A stretch of DNA of 51,955 bases. Source: Octopus bimaculoides (Eukaryota). Position 1 is the first letter of the stretch. The number at the start of each line of letters is the position of its first letter. The notes under the pieces were generated by a model. The model searched no databases and had not been told where the DNA came from. It worked only from the letters and a program-made list of their open reading frames with translations. The position numbers and the translations under genes are program-made. The stretch is taken from NCBI RefSeq assembly GCF_001194135.2, contig NC_068999.1:22389666-22441620 (forward strand), in the 5' to 3' direction. Shown piece by piece: positions 50,702 to 51,955 of this stretch.

Positions 50702-51073
50702 AAATTAGAAATGATCTAATTATAAATCTCACAGAGAGATTTAAGCAGCAGTGTTATGATAAAGCAGTTGTATACTGTCAACTTAATGTGACAGTCCCAA
50801 TAAGGGAATCATACTGCTGCTATTTAACCCTAGGGAGCTTCCTGTCAGCCTTGACACATTTCCTGTGTCCTTATATTTGTGAGGGGGAGACAAGAACCCT
50901 CACCCAGCTCAGTGTGCATTCAGGGACATGTTTCTGAGTCATTGCTCGTCATCAGCCTGAAGTAGCAAAACCAGCTGGCTGAAGATGTCTGTCAACCTCT
51001 CGCAAATATATATATTTCTAGTGAAAACACATTCACTGATTACAAAAATTAGAAATGATCTAATTATAAATCT
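50702..51073 (-). mobile_element. 344-bp terminally redundant hammerhead-bearing unit (retrozyme / Penelope pLTR-like)
   Basis: Identical 28-bp direct repeat AAATTAGAAATGATCTAATTATAAATCT at 50702-50729 and 51046-51073 flanking the 50919-50961 hammerhead. Confidence 0.55.
50919..50961 (-). ncRNA. Minimal type I hammerhead ribozyme motif
   Basis: Minus strand TTCAGG-CTGATGA-CGAGCAATGACTCA-GAAA-CATG-TC|CCTGAA: 6-bp stem I, intact core, palindromic stem III (ACATGT), GUC site; C.A mismatch at base of stem II. Confidence 0.8.
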
Positions 51074-51176
51074 TATATATATGGTTTTTTATCTGCTTTT
51101 TGTATGTTTTTTTTATATGCTTTTATATTTTTATATTTGTATTTGAATTTTGTAAAATTCATGAACTAAATTTTGT

Positions 51177-51312
51177 AAATCTCTGAAGAGGCTTAGTGAA
51201 TCATGCATGTACCCCCATTGCATCCTTTTCATCTACCAATTACTCCAGCTTACTGGAGTTATATAGATAGAATGGGGCATGCCAACGCTAGGCCAAAACA
51301 GCTGTAAGATTT
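51177..51312 (+). ncRNA. Type I hammerhead ribozyme motif with long stem II, core mutated (GAAA>AAAA)
   Basis: AAATCT-CTGAAGA-GGCTTAGTG...CGCTAGGCC-AAAA-CAGCTG-TA|AGATTT: 6-bp stem I, 9-bp stem II base, palindromic stem III, GUA site. Confidence 0.72.
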
Positions 51313-51655
51313 TGTCCCTTCTTCAATTGCGAGGTGTCCTTTTGAATTTGAAATTTTAATTGTTGATATGACATAATATGTCTTTTGTGTCTGTATATTG
51401 TCTTTATTGTCCTTTTGGTTGTAAAATAAACAGATTAATCAACAGAGTACAGTGTCTGCAAGTTGATGAGTACCTCGTACTTCCATCCATTTTCTTATTG
51501 CTATATAAATTTAGGGTAAAACCCCCTTTTACCCGCACCCACTTATTGCACTTAGTAAAACACTAGTGTAATAATAATTGGGTACCCTCCCAGCAGTATC
51601 TTGGATAGATATTATCCCTTAGTGGGTTGGATTCTCAACCCCTCACTATCTTGGA

Positions 51656-51887
51656 TTATATATACATATATACACATACACACACACACACACACACATA
51701 TATACATATACACACACACATATATATATATACATATATACACACACACACACACATATATATACAAATACACACACACACACATATATATACATATATA
51801 TACACGCACATATATATATACACATATATATATACATATATATATATACACCCATATATATATATATATATATATACATATACACCC

Positions 51888-51955
<68 letters not shown>
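51656..51955. repeat. Compound (TA)/(CA) microsatellite
   Basis: Direct reading. Confidence 0.99.

Noticed and set aside
51612-51915. ORFs made of YI/CV/HT repeats (also at 3472, 8850, 9984, 45750, 50513)
   Set aside because: Translations of microsatellites; ORFs full of X are translations of N gaps.

Overview
AT-rich, repeat-dense eukaryotic genomic DNA with five N gaps. The SINE families and (TA/CA)n tracts look like an octopus (cephalopod) draft genome; this is recognition from memory, no database search was run. The only host gene I can support is palmitoyl-protein thioesterase 1 (PPT1) on the minus strand: nine coding exons from 50327 down to the stop at 23585. All have GT-AG splice sites, join in frame and keep the Ser(GFSQG)/Asp/His triad; exon 1 lies beyond the right edge. 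The segment equal to vertebrate exon 5 is split into an 88-nt exon and a 15-nt, frame-preserving microexon (28716-28730). The rest is transposon-derived: four SINE families, CR1/L2-, RTE-, R4/Dong- and Penelope-type retroelement relics, and Merlin, Tc1/mariner, hAT and piggyBac-like DNA elements. Best leads: (i) three type I hammerhead ribozyme motifs, one lying sense to the PPT1 pre-mRNA in a 344-bp terminally redundant, retrozyme-like unit in intron 1; (ii) the PPT1 microexon; (iii) a 252-bp fold-back MITE with a perfect 9-bp TSD inside a Merlin transposase; (iv) an apparent CpG-retention boundary near the PPT1 3' end. Exon, ribozyme, TSD and gap coordinates were counted base by base; most repeat boundaries are approximate (tens of bp).
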